A stretch of 56,024 nt of DNA, taken from assembly GCA_031263025.1 (NCBI GenBank), contig JAISGO010000046.1, positions 1 to 56,024 of the forward strand, in the 5' to 3' direction. The stretch is from Coriobacteriales bacterium (GTDB lineage: Bacteria > Actinomycetota > Coriobacteriia > Coriobacteriales > UBA8131). Position numbers and translations under genes: made by a program. A model generated the notes under the pieces. It searched no databases and had not been told where the DNA came from. It saw only the letters and a program-made list of their open reading frames with translations. Below are positions 8,660-18,287 of the stretch, one piece after another; positions within the stretch are counted from its first letter, which is position 1; each line of letters begins with the position of its first letter.

Positions 8660-10090
8660 ATGATGAAGGTTGGCACGAAAGATGCCTTGTTGGTAAAGTC
8701 TGCACGGATTCTGCTCTGTGGGATCTTGGTCGCGCTCCTGGTCAACAGCGGCTTTGGCGGCGCGCGCCGCGCCTGGGCCTGGGACAACGGCGGCTCCTGG
8801 AATTGTGGCTGGTACGACAAGCACGCCACCATGCCTACGAGCACAGAGGATTGGCAAAACTACACCCTCAACGTCTTGAACGCCCATGGTGAATTCAGCG
8901 ACAACGGCACCCCAGGCAGTGGCACCGGCACCCATGACTTGATCCTCGAACAAGCCATCGCCAGCGCCCTACGCGGCGGGGCTGATGTCTCCTGGATCGA
9001 CGCCAGCACTGCCCGCCTCGCTACCGGAACCCCCGACTACACCTCAAACCTGAATAAATCTCCCGCCGAACATTTCTACCGCGGCACCCGTGGCTACAAA
9101 TGCGTTTATTGCCAAACCCCCAAGGCAGTCGGCCAACTCTACAACGAGACCAAGCAGGCCCTGGCCAAACACCAGTACAAGACGGCCAGCAAGAAACTCG
9201 GCTGGCTCGCACACTACCTCGGTGATATGAGCCAACCCTTGCACGTTGCCACCTATAGCCAGATGTATCCACTCGAGCGCCTTGGCGCAAAACGCCTCCA
9301 TAATATCCACTACCAGCTCGAAAGCGACCTCGGTTACTATATGGAGCACACGGTCTGCTGTTTGCCCAGCGCCTGGCCGAAAGACGTGCGTAAGATAGAG
9401 AAGTATCTGCCGGCTTTACAAAAAGTAGATGACCGGGACACCCCCCAGCAGATCCGCGCAATCTGGTTTGGCGGGGGCGTGCATAAGGCCCACAGCCTCA
9501 GCCGTAGCGCCCTTCAGACCACGGTCAAAGTGGCGAGCCTAACCCGCAACAGATTTGCCAAGAAGCTGATCGGCTATTGGACGAAATACGCGAAAAAGGC
9601 CCCAGGCAAAGGCTTCAAGGCCGGAAAGACCAAGACCTGGGGCAAAGCCACCGCCTATCTGGTCAAGACAGCCCCCGCCATGCTCAAGAACTCCGCAAAC
9701 TACCTCGGGGATCTGATCTACACCTTGTGTGAGGACAAAGACAGCAGCAAAGGCCAAGACCAGGTATCCTCCTTCAAAGTCAAGGTGAAAAAGCATTACT
9801 CGAAAAAAAGTTGCACGCTGAGCGAGAACATCAAGGTTAAGCTCAGTGACCAGCGCTCGGATAAGGCCCTGCCGGTCAGGCTACGTTGGTATAAGGGGAA
9901 GAAGTGCCTACATAGCTGCATCCGCTATACCGATGGGCGGGGCAGAATCAAGACCAGCTACACTTTCAAACGCAGCCGCAAAGTAGGCGCGGTCAGTCTT
10001 AGTATCTCCACTCCCACCGGCAGCCGCTACCAGACCCCGGCTATCGGACGCAGCCACCATAACCGAATCGCCCAGCTTAAAAAGGGTTGA
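8660..10090 (+). CDS. Secreted zinc-dependent phospholipase C / P1-nuclease-fold phosphodiesterase with a Lys-rich C-terminal region
   Basis: Signal peptide ending ARRAWA followed by Trp (WDNGG). Motifs HDLILEQA, EHFYRG and LAHYLGDMSQPLHVA match the B. cereus/C. perfringens PLC motifs SHFYDP and LHYLGDVNQPMHAAN. The C-terminal ~200 aa are very basic. Confidence 0.7.
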   Translation: MMKVGTKDALLVKSARILLCGILVALLVNSGFGGARRAWAWDNGGSWNCGWYDKHATMPTSTEDWQNYTLNVLNAHGEFSDNGTPGSGTGTHDLILEQAIASALRGGADVSWIDASTARLATGTPDYTSNLNKSPAEHFYRGTRGYKCVYCQTPKAVGQLYNETKQALAKHQYKTASKKLGWLAHYLGDMSQPLHVATYSQMYPLERLGAKRLHNIHYQLESDLGYYMEHTVCCLPSAWPKDVRKIEKYLPALQKVDDRDTPQQIRAIWFGGGVHKAHSLSRSALQTTVKVASLTRNRFAKKLIGYWTKYAKKAPGKGFKAGKTKTWGKATAYLVKTAPAMLKNSANYLGDLIYTLCEDKDSSKGQDQVSSFKVKVKKHYSKKSCTLSENIKVKLSDQRSDKALPVRLRWYKGKKCLHSCIRYTDGRGRIKTSYTFKRSRKVGAVSLSISTPTGSRYQTPAIGRSHHNRIAQLKKG

Positions 10091-10152
10091 GCCGATCCGC
10101 TACATCCTTATCATCTTGGCCCTGAGCGGATTTGGGGCCGTGGTGTTTGCAC

Positions 10153-10175
10153 TATAATCACTTTATACATGTATA
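10153..10175 (+). promoter_or_regulatory. Candidate -10 (TATAAT 10153-10158) followed by the 12-bp palindrome tatacatgtata (10164-10175)
   Basis: Read directly from the sequence, upstream of the first TagF-like gene. Confidence 0.3.
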
Positions 10176-10223
10176 CCGAAGGGAATATGGAGAAGCGCGC
10201 TGCTCGTTCTGTTTAAAAAATTC

Positions 10224-11741
10224 ATGCGGGGAAACCTTAACAAGGCCTTGATCTCGCCCCTGCTTTTTCTGCTTCCCCTGTTCGTCGTGTGCATCGCTGC
10301 CCTCTGTGGCCTTAGCTTTGCCTGGATCGACTTGGTAAGTATCCTGCTCTGTCTTGCTGGCGCGGTCGTACTCAAGAACCTGCGCCTGCTTCTCCGTTAC
10401 GCCACGAAAACCCTTGCCGTAAGTGTCTCGACTATCCCCGACCCCAACCCAAAGCGCCCCTTCTTTGCCTGTGCCAGCCTGGCCCTGCTGGCTGACCTGG
10501 TCTGTGCCGTCTTAATCGTGCCCCTTCCCCTCGCAGCCCTATGCTGCGCCATCGTCTGCTTGCTCATCTCCCTGGCTACGCTTGTCCTCTATCCCCACTC
10601 CAAGAAGATGATCGCCACTCACCAAAAGCAGTGTTGGAACTGGATAGAGTCGACTCCGGTTGACTTCAGCGTCTTCCTCTCCTATGGCAGCTTCAACTAC
10701 AACTACTTAGTCTGGGAGAAATTCTTACTTGCCACGGAGCGCAGCTACGCTCTGCTCACCTTTAAAGATTCGATCTTCAAGAGCCTCTCCAAGGAGACCG
10801 CACAGCCGGTGATTTGTTTTCGCAACAACTCCGATGCCGGACTGACCCGCTACTTTGACCTAATCAAGGGCCGGACTGTAGTGATCATCACCCATGGCCA
10901 GAAGAACCAGAAGATCTTCAAGATGCCTTACTTGCATAGTGTCTTCATCTATCATGGCGACAGTGACAAACAGAGTTCAGCTTCGAAGATGGCCGGGGCC
11001 TACGACCGCATTTTCATTGCCGGGCAGGCCGGTATCGACCGTTTTGCCGCCAATGGCGTCATGCTCCCAGCCGAGAAGTTCCGCATCGTCGGCCGCCCCC
11101 AAGCAGCAGGCATCCTGCCAGAAAAAGTCGCACTACCCGACCACAAGGACAAACCGACTTTCCTCTATGCGCCGACCTGGCATGGACCGGCTGAGAAGTA
11201 CAACTACAGCTCCCTGCATTTCGCTCCGAAAATGGCTGAGATCCTGGTCGCCAAGGGTTATCGGGTGATTTTCCGTCCCCATCCTATCTCTCTTTCCAAT
11301 ACAAACGAGAATCGTTACTGCGAACAAGTCAAAGCCATCCTCGCTGCCGACAATGCCGCCCATGACAGCGGGCACCTCTACGGCGAGGTGCCCGAAAGAA
11401 CCTGGGGCACGGTCGAATGCTTTAACCACTGCGACACCCTGATTAGTGATGTCTCCAGCGTGACCTCTGACTTCTTGTTCAGCCGCAAGCCGATCATCTT
11501 GATTTCACGCAAATGGAATAAAGCTGATTTCATCGCCAACTTCCCCGTCGCCCGCGGTGCCTATGTAGTCGAACATGACCTTGGCAACCTGGCCGAAGCT
11601 GCTGAACACTGTCTTACAGACGACCCCCTAGCTGCCCAGCGTGCCCAAATGCGCGACTACTACCTAGGCGATTTCCCCGACCAGTCCTATGAGTACAACT
11701 TCATCAACGCCCTGGTCGAAGAGATCGACCGCCACCACTAG
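10224..11741 (+). CDS. CDP-glycerol glycerophosphotransferase family protein (TagF-like) with a polytopic N-terminal membrane region
   Basis: About 130 N-terminal residues form several hydrophobic helices. The C-terminal part has FLYAPTWHG, RPHP and LISDVSSVTSDFLFSRKPII, typical of the Glyphos_transf family. Confidence 0.8.
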   Translation: MRGNLNKALISPLLFLLPLFVVCIAALCGLSFAWIDLVSILLCLAGAVVLKNLRLLLRYATKTLAVSVSTIPDPNPKRPFFACASLALLADLVCAVLIVPLPLAALCCAIVCLLISLATLVLYPHSKKMIATHQKQCWNWIESTPVDFSVFLSYGSFNYNYLVWEKFLLATERSYALLTFKDSIFKSLSKETAQPVICFRNNSDAGLTRYFDLIKGRTVVIITHGQKNQKIFKMPYLHSVFIYHGDSDKQSSASKMAGAYDRIFIAGQAGIDRFAANGVMLPAEKFRIVGRPQAAGILPEKVALPDHKDKPTFLYAPTWHGPAEKYNYSSLHFAPKMAEILVAKGYRVIFRPHPISLSNTNENRYCEQVKAILAADNAAHDSGHLYGEVPERTWGTVECFNHCDTLISDVSSVTSDFLFSRKPIILISRKWNKADFIANFPVARGAYVVEHDLGNLAEAAEHCLTDDPLAAQRAQMRDYYLGDFPDQSYEYNFINALVEEIDRHH

Positions 11742-11757
11742 GAGACCGCCCATCATC

Positions 11758-12960
11758 ATGTCGCACCGGATCAAGCGCCGCCTTAAGAAACGCGCGAAAC
11801 GCATCGCCCGCTTCCTCTTCTACAAAGTAGTCTTCCCTCGCCATTACCGCCGCCTCTGCCGACACCTTGAGGTTCAAAAACAAGCGGTTTTCCTACAATT
11901 GCGCGGTGATGACCTCTGCAACAGCTTCCCCTTGATGATGGAGCGGGCAAGCCAGGCTGGTTTTGACTGCAAGGTGGTTCTCCTGCGTCAATACGACATG
12001 CGCTATTGGCGCTTCATCAAAAACTGCTACCATGCGCTTTCGGCGATTGCCTCGGCCAAGCTGGTCTTCCTCGAAGACGCTTCCAATCTGATCAGCCTGA
12101 TTCCCCTGCGCTCCGAGACCAAGGCCATCCAGCTCTGGCATGCCTGCGGGGCCTTTAAGAAATGGGGGCTCAGCACCGGCGAGCTCAAGTTCGGCGGCAG
12201 CACCGAGCAAATCCTCAAATACCCCTACTACGCCCATCTCGACTTGGTCACAGTCAGCGCCGAAGAAGTGGCTTGGGCCTATCGTGAAGCCATGAACCTG
12301 AAAGCAAGCCCTGAGACCGTCCAGGCCGTCGGCGTGAGCCGCACCGACCGTTTCTTCGACCCGTCTTTCCGAAAACAAGCCCGAGTAGAAGTCGACCAGC
12401 GCATGCCCGCCCTGCAGGGCCGGGAAATCATCCTCTATGCGCCCACCTTTCGTGGCCGCGTGGCCAAGGCCAAGGCCCCTGACCAACTAGACATCAGGCT
12501 CCTGCGCGATACCTTACGCCGACATCAACTTGACCAGCACTACTGTCTCCTGATTCGCCACCATCCTTTTGTTAAAAAATTACCTGAGATTCCGACAGAC
12601 TGCCAGGGCTTCGCTTATTATGCCGACCCGGTTTTGGAGACAGACGACTTGATGTGCGCCGCTGCCATGATGATCACTGATTATTCCTCGGTGATGTTCG
12701 AATATTCCTTGTTCGAGCGGCCGATGATGTTCTTTGCCTACGATATCGATGATTACCTGGACTGGCGGGGTTTCTACTACCCCTATGACCAACTGGTGCC
12801 CGGTCCTATCATCAAGGATAGCTCTACCCTAGCCGAAGCTATCGTCAAGGCCAACCAAGGCTTCGACCCCAGTGAAATCAAGGCTTTCCGCAAGCGTTAT
12901 ATGGGCGCCTGCGACGGCCAAGCCACCGAACGGATCTGGCAAGCGCTTTGCTCCTTTTAA
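11758..12960 (+). CDS. CDP-glycerol glycerophosphotransferase family protein (TagB/TagF-like)
   Basis: ATG at 11758 preceded by GGAG at 11741. Motifs ILYAPTFRG, RHHPF and ITDYSSVMFEYSLFERPMMFFAYD. Confidence 0.85.
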   Translation: MSHRIKRRLKKRAKRIARFLFYKVVFPRHYRRLCRHLEVQKQAVFLQLRGDDLCNSFPLMMERASQAGFDCKVVLLRQYDMRYWRFIKNCYHALSAIASAKLVFLEDASNLISLIPLRSETKAIQLWHACGAFKKWGLSTGELKFGGSTEQILKYPYYAHLDLVTVSAEEVAWAYREAMNLKASPETVQAVGVSRTDRFFDPSFRKQARVEVDQRMPALQGREIILYAPTFRGRVAKAKAPDQLDIRLLRDTLRRHQLDQHYCLLIRHHPFVKKLPEIPTDCQGFAYYADPVLETDDLMCAAAMMITDYSSVMFEYSLFERPMMFFAYDIDDYLDWRGFYYPYDQLVPGPIIKDSSTLAEAIVKANQGFDPSEIKAFRKRYMGACDGQATERIWQALCSF

Positions 12961-13991
12961 AGAAAGCCATCCTGACCTGCGCACGTGGGTTCTTGCAGCT
13001 TGTCTATTGGTTATTCCGCCTGCGCCGCCCAAAACGGCGGATCTGCTTGATCAGTCGCCAATCCGACCAAGCCAGCATAGATTTCAAGATCCTGGCTGGG
13101 CTCTATCCCCATGTCCTTTTGTGCAAAACCATCAAAGCCGGCCTCTTCGGCAAGCTTGCCTATCTCCCGCATATGTTCAAACAGCTCTGGTGCATCGCTG
13201 GGGCACAGGTCGTGGTGCTCGACGGCTATTGTCTCGTGGTCAGCTTGCTCTCGCACCGTTCCACTCTCCGGGTCATCCAGATTTGGCACGCGATGGGCAC
13301 CCTCAAGAAATACGGCCTTGCCGCCCTTGGCCGCCCTGGTGGGCGCAGCCGCCAAACTGCCGAACTACTCCATATGCACCAAGGCTATAGCCTGGTCTTG
13401 GCCTCCTCAAAAGCCTGCATTCCTTCGGTGATGGAGGCATTCGGCTATCCCCGTGAGCAAGTCATCTGCGCCCCCCTACCCCATGCCTGGTCTTTGGCGG
13501 AGTTACCGCCAAAGACCAGAACAGGCAAATTGCAGGTGCTTTACGCGCCGACTTTCCGCCTTCAGGGGGAGCGCCTACAGCGGGCCCTCGAGCGACTCTG
13601 CGCTTGTTTTGACTTCGAGCACATGGATCTGACCTTATCCGCGCACCCCCTCTCCAAACTCGATCCGCCGGATCCCCGAGTCAGGGTCAGCCGACAGTCG
13701 ACCATACAAGCTGCAAGCCAGGCCGATCTCTGCGTCGTCGACTACTCAGCAGTGATGTTTGATCTCATGTTGATGCACAAACCGCTCTACTTCTATACCT
13801 TTGACCTCACAGAATATTTACAGGAACGGGACTTCTTTATCGACTTCGTGGCAGAGGCGCCTGGGCCCCTCTATCCAGATGCGACCTCAGTAGTAGCGGC
13901 TATCTGCGCTGACACCGCTGATACCACCTTACAACAAGCCTTTCTTAAACGCTATGTGGACTTAGACAGGCCTTTCCCAGCCCTGCTCTAA
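12948..13991 (+). CDS. CDP-glycerol glycerophosphotransferase family protein (shorter TagB-like paralog)
   Basis: Motifs VLYAPTFR and VVDYSAVMFDLMLMHKPLYFYTFD. Apparent TTG start overlapping the previous gene by 13 nt. Confidence 0.75.
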   Translation: MLLLKKAILTCARGFLQLVYWLFRLRRPKRRICLISRQSDQASIDFKILAGLYPHVLLCKTIKAGLFGKLAYLPHMFKQLWCIAGAQVVVLDGYCLVVSLLSHRSTLRVIQIWHAMGTLKKYGLAALGRPGGRSRQTAELLHMHQGYSLVLASSKACIPSVMEAFGYPREQVICAPLPHAWSLAELPPKTRTGKLQVLYAPTFRLQGERLQRALERLCACFDFEHMDLTLSAHPLSKLDPPDPRVRVSRQSTIQAASQADLCVVDYSAVMFDLMLMHKPLYFYTFDLTEYLQERDFFIDFVAEAPGPLYPDATSVVAAICADTADTTLQQAFLKRYVDLDRPFPALL

Positions 13992-15640
13992 ATAGTGGCT
14001 ACTGTTGCTTCCAGGTTGATCCGGCAGAACTCCTTCTTTGTGATCTGGGTCTTAAGCCTCGCCCCATCAAGCTCGCTATTCGTCTGTTCCTTGAAGAAGC
14101 TTTGTGCAGGGCCATCGAGGCAAGACTCGAGTAGGTTTATCCTCAAATCAACCGCTGCGACAACCAAGCGAAAACGGACACTGAGACCTCTCTGTGGACC
14201 GACTTGGGCCAATAGGGGCGACAGGTCAAGGCACGCCGAGAATCTCCGTTCACTCGTCTCAAAACCAAGGTCACGGCCGAGCGTACAATCTGGCGCACAA
14301 TCCTGCGCGCTGTGCGCCGGGGCCACTTCTGTACTAAGAGAGATGAACTGCTGCGGAGCCGACGTCGGCTTGCTGTCAACGACTGCCTCCATCACCAAAT
14401 CGCCTTGGTCTAAACCCGGTGCTAGGCGCGCGCACCCTGCCATGCAAAGGACACTACCATCGAGCGCACATTCCTCAAGCTTGAGCTGCTTGCAGAAAGC
14501 AAAGTCGATTGCCCCAACCTCTAACCGGGTCTCCTGCCAGGGCGCAGGCAGCTGGGCTGTTAGGGTCAGGTCTTCCCCTTTGCCAGAAAAAGACAACTGC
14601 AAGGGCCCTTGGAGCAATGCTTTAACTAATCCAGCTTGGGCGTGGTCTGTCTGTAGGAGGTATTGGGCGCAGAGTTTCTGGCGCAGGTCAAAATAGGCAC
14701 CCGCCCTGACCTTGTCTGGACGATAGAGCTGCTTGACCGCCTGGGCGGCCGGCGCCAAGACCGACTCAAGGGATAGGCCGCACTTGAGAAGGTATTGGAG
14801 CTGTAAAACCAAATGTTTGACCAACTTGGTATAGGTGAACTCCCCGGCCCGCGACCAATCAATGTACTTGCGCACATGCGCGGGCCAGAGTTCGAAATAA
14901 CGTTTGAGCGGCGCCAGGTCAGTCACATTCTTGCGGGTCAGGCTGGTCTCGTATTCCTCAGAATGATAATAGGGATAATCCCCGGCGATTGATATAACTT
15001 TAGCTAAGCCATAGACCTCTATCATGAAGAACATGTCCTCGCCGAGGACAAGTTGCGCCGGAAAGCGAATCTGGTTGTCAAGTAAGAATTGCCGACGGAA
15101 CAACCGGCAAGCTATCTGGGTGCGGAAAAGACGATGGTTGAAGATATCAACTTTGGCTTCGTTTTTACGTTCGAAGAGGCGTACCCGGTAATAGCGCTGT
15201 GTCGTCTCAAAGCGCCCGAACAGGGTGTCACTGTGCCAACGGTCGGCATGTCGCACAAGGCGGCGACAGGCCTCGGGATTAAGCCAGTCGTCGCTGTCAC
15301 AGAAGAAGAGGTAACGCCCCCTGGCGTGCTCTATGCCCCAATTGCGGGCAAGGGCGGGACCACCGAAGTGGGGCAGCTCGGCAATCTGGAAAAGATGAGG
15401 CTGGCGCCAGAACAGACGACGACGATAGCGCTTGGCCAGGCGGATGCTCCCGTCTGTCGAGCCGTCACTGACCACCACGATCTCAAGTCGGTCAAGGTCA
15501 ATCTGCTGCCCGACTAGATGGTCAAGGCAAGTTTGAAAATAAGGTAGCGCGTTGTAGACCGGTATCACCACTGATATATCCGGTGCTGTCGTCCTCCCAA
15601 ACAGCTGCCTTAGAAATTTACGCGGATGGAAATTTCGCAT
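13988..15640 (-). CDS. Family 2 glycosyltransferase with a long C-terminal extension
   Basis: From the ATG at 15640: MRNFHPRK...ISVVIPVYNALPYF, VVSDGSTDGS and FFCDSDDW. About 300 further aa have no motif I recognise. Confidence 0.85.
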   Translation of the reverse strand: MRNFHPRKFLRQLFGRTTAPDISVVIPVYNALPYFQTCLDHLVGQQIDLDRLEIVVVSDGSTDGSIRLAKRYRRRLFWRQPHLFQIAELPHFGGPALARNWGIEHARGRYLFFCDSDDWLNPEACRRLVRHADRWHSDTLFGRFETTQRYYRVRLFERKNEAKVDIFNHRLFRTQIACRLFRRQFLLDNQIRFPAQLVLGEDMFFMIEVYGLAKVISIAGDYPYYHSEEYETSLTRKNVTDLAPLKRYFELWPAHVRKYIDWSRAGEFTYTKLVKHLVLQLQYLLKCGLSLESVLAPAAQAVKQLYRPDKVRAGAYFDLRQKLCAQYLLQTDHAQAGLVKALLQGPLQLSFSGKGEDLTLTAQLPAPWQETRLEVGAIDFAFCKQLKLEECALDGSVLCMAGCARLAPGLDQGDLVMEAVVDSKPTSAPQQFISLSTEVAPAHSAQDCAPDCTLGRDLGFETSERRFSACLDLSPLLAQVGPQRGLSVRFRLVVAAVDLRINLLESCLDGPAQSFFKEQTNSELDGARLKTQITKKEFCRINLEATVATI

Positions 15641-15752
15641 CGTCCTTATTATAGGGGATAAAGCGAATTGCCAGGCCAAGCACGTCACCCACGTGCCCAG
15701 TCTGGCAATTCTCCAGTAGCGGCCCTACAAGAACCAACCTATGTTATAGGGG

Positions 15753-16442
15753 CTACTCCTTCTTGAGGTCGTCACGCCCGATCAGGTCATGTGCCTCCGG
15801 CGAGTACACCAAACCACCATGCTCCTTGCGTAGGAACATCAACTTGGTCGGCTCCAGGCCCTCGATATTAGCCAGATAGACATGCAACAAGATGAAGCAG
15901 ATGAAGACCCACATCAGGTAATAGTGGATAATCCGCACCACCATCAAACCGCCGCACCAGGAGACGAAAGCGGCAAAGGGGCCGATCGTGTTAGTCACGC
16001 TCCACAGGCAGCAACCGGTGAAAGCCATGATCAGGATCAGGATCGGGATGCAAAGATAGGAGATCTTCTGGGGCACGCCCAGCTTAGCAGATAGGGGATG
16101 CGTCTTCTTGAAGAACAGGTAATACTTAATCCACTGGATCCCTTGGTGGCGATTATCGCGCTGGGGCAACCAGGTCTTATAGTCAGTCACCGTCTCACGG
16201 GTGCCACCGGTAGGCGCAGATTTGACGAAGAAAGCCAGAACCACACGCACGATCATGTTGATAACTAAGATACAACCTAGGAAGATATGCGCGCCCCGGG
16301 CGATGCCCATGAAGCCCGGAAAGAAAGGATAGTGGATGTAGAAGCCCGTGAAGACCAAGACGATCATGCTGATCAGGTTGATCCAGTGGGTGACGACAAA
16401 GGGTAGCGGATGGGCTTGTTTGTAGTGTGCTAAATGTGCCAT
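15753..16442 (-). CDS. Ni/Fe-hydrogenase b-type cytochrome subunit
   Basis: 229 aa with four TM helices. The N-terminus FVVTHWINLISMIVLVFTGFYIH is typical of the Ni_hydr_CYTB family. It lies directly downstream of the large subunit. Confidence 0.85.
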   Translation of the reverse strand: MAHLAHYKQAHPLPFVVTHWINLISMIVLVFTGFYIHYPFFPGFMGIARGAHIFLGCILVINMIVRVVLAFFVKSAPTGGTRETVTDYKTWLPQRDNRHQGIQWIKYYLFFKKTHPLSAKLGVPQKISYLCIPILILIMAFTGCCLWSVTNTIGPFAAFVSWCGGLMVVRIIHYYLMWVFICFILLHVYLANIEGLEPTKLMFLRKEHGGLVYSPEAHDLIGRDDLKKE

Positions 16443-16445
16443 GTT

Positions 16446-18287
16446 CTACCTCCCTCCAAACGGCGTTGTTATGGTGTCGAAGGTCTGGCCACTACGCGGT
16501 TCGGCGATATGGATAGCACAGGCCACACAGGGGTCAAAGGAGTGTACGGTGCGCAGGGCATGGAGGGGCTTCTTCAAATCAGCGACCGGCACCCCGATCA
16601 GGGCCTGCTCCAGCGGGCCACGTACGCCACTTTGGTCACGCGGCGAGACGTTCCAGGTCGAAGGGATGATAATCTGGTATTTCTGGATCTTGTTGCCCAC
16701 GACCTTCTCGTAGTGGTAGAGGGCACCGCGTGGCGCCTCCCACATACCAGCGCCTTCGCCATCATAGCGGTTGGGCTTGACGAAAGTGCTGCTGTCGCCC
16801 TCGCGGATGGCCTCGATCAGCTCGTCCACCCAATCCTGCATACGCTCGGTGATATAGAGGGTCTCGACAGCCCGTGCCGCCCAGCGGCCCAAGACCGACT
16901 GGAGGGCACTCACGCCCAGGGTCTTGCCGGCCGACTTGCTTAAATGCGCAAGCATCTTGTCGATGTTGGTCTTGATGCTCGCAAGACCTTTCTGATAGGC
17001 ACTGTTGGTGGAGACAGTCGGATCATAATTCGAAGTCGCAGCTCGGGTATAGGCAACCAACATACGCGAAAGCGCAGTCGCTTCATAGGGCTTGCCACCG
17101 TAGCGCGGAGCCTTGGTCCAGGTATATTTACCCTCACGGTGGCCGAACTCGCTCTCGCTGGTCATCCCGGCTTGGCTCCCGTCTGGCTGGGTGATACCCT
17201 GGCGCGGATTGACCGGCGTACCGTCATCGCTGTAGAAAGCCCGAGCGGTGGTCTCGGTGATCTTGGTCTCGTCCGGATCGCTCAAGGTCTTGAGGTCGTC
17301 CTCAAGGACGCCGCCGGGCAGATAACGGCCGGCCATCTCGCGCCCTGCCGTGTCAAAAACACCCCAAGCGACATAGCGGCCAGCGCCCTTACCATAGGTG
17401 CCAGCGGTCTTAAGATAGTAAGGCGCGATCGCATAGGCATCTGGCACCATAGTGTTCTGCACCCAGTCGTGTAGCCTGTTGATGCGGTACTTGATATCGG
17501 CGAGCTTGTCCTCAGTCGGCATGAACGTGGTACCGCCTGGCACACTGCTCATGATATGGGGCATCTTGCCGCCGATGATGCCGCTGATCTCAGAGGAGAC
17601 CGCTTGCATCTCAAGCGCTTCAAGATAATGCGCGGTGGCAATCAGGTTAAGCTCTGGCGGGAGAGCATAGTCATTGTCCTTGCTGTCAAACCAGTTGCCA
17701 CTGAAGATCGAGAGCTGACCGTTGTCGGCGAAATTCTGCAGACGCGATTGCACCGCCTTGAAGTCGGAGACCTCGGTGCCAGCCGCCTTAGCCAGGTCAA
17801 CCGCATCTCCTGGGTTCGCCTTGAGGGCGTCCAGGGGGTTGACATAATCCAAGGCATTGAGGTTATAGAACCAAAGGATATTGGAATGTAGGAACTGTGC
17901 GCCTTCGACGAGATTGCGGATGATACGCGCCCCGTTGGGGATCTGGATACCATAGGCCCGCTCTCCGGCAAAACAAGCGGCATGGGCATGGGAGACCGGA
18001 CAAACACCGCAGATCCGCTGGGCGATATAGGCGGCATCAGTTGGCTCCTTGTTCTCCAAGACCAGCTCCATACCACGGAAAAGGGTCCCAGAGACCCAGG
18101 CATCGGCAACCTTGCCGTTTTCCACCTGCATGTCGATGCGCAAATGCCCCTCGATACGATTGACCGGGTCGATTACCGCCTGTTGGCCACCCTGGGTCAT
18201 CTGAGAAGCACCAATGCTACCTTGGATGGCTTTCAGATCCTTGCCACTCAAGGTTTTAGAGGTCATTTTGATTTTCTTGCTTGCCAT
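16446..18287 (-). CDS. [NiFe] hydrogenase large subunit
   Basis: Motifs RIEGHLRI, RICGVCPVSHAHA (N-terminal CxxC) and C-terminal DPCVACAIH, followed by a 20-aa tail of the kind normally removed by a maturation protease. Confidence 0.95.
   Translation of the reverse strand: MASKKIKMTSKTLSGKDLKAIQGSIGASQMTQGGQQAVIDPVNRIEGHLRIDMQVENGKVADAWVSGTLFRGMELVLENKEPTDAAYIAQRICGVCPVSHAHAACFAGERAYGIQIPNGARIIRNLVEGAQFLHSNILWFYNLNALDYVNPLDALKANPGDAVDLAKAAGTEVSDFKAVQSRLQNFADNGQLSIFSGNWFDSKDNDYALPPELNLIATAHYLEALEMQAVSSEISGIIGGKMPHIMSSVPGGTTFMPTEDKLADIKYRINRLHDWVQNTMVPDAYAIAPYYLKTAGTYGKGAGRYVAWGVFDTAGREMAGRYLPGGVLEDDLKTLSDPDETKITETTARAFYSDDGTPVNPRQGITQPDGSQAGMTSESEFGHREGKYTWTKAPRYGGKPYEATALSRMLVAYTRAATSNYDPTVSTNSAYQKGLASIKTNIDKMLAHLSKSAGKTLGVSALQSVLGRWAARAVETLYITERMQDWVDELIEAIREGDSSTFVKPNRYDGEGAGMWEAPRGALYHYEKVVGNKIQKYQIIIPSTWNVSPRDQSGVRGPLEQALIGVPVADLKKPLHALRTVHSFDPCVACAIHIAEPRSGQTFDTITTPFGGR

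Noticed and set aside
8552-8953. 133-aa minus-strand ORF spanning the divergent promoter region and the 5' end of the PLC-like gene.
   Set aside because: It has no recognisable motifs, an Ala/Val/Gly-rich product, and it overlaps the signal-peptide-coding start of a well-supported gene.
10188-10217. 9-codon upstream ORF (MEKRAARSV) before the first TagF-like gene.
   Set aside because: It is too short to evaluate, has no SD, and may simply be chance.
16446-18287. [NiFeSe] hydrogenase, that is, selenocysteine in the large subunit.
   Set aside because: The ORF is uninterrupted and the C-terminal motif is DPCVACAIH, with Cys at the position where Sec would be. There is no in-frame TGA.
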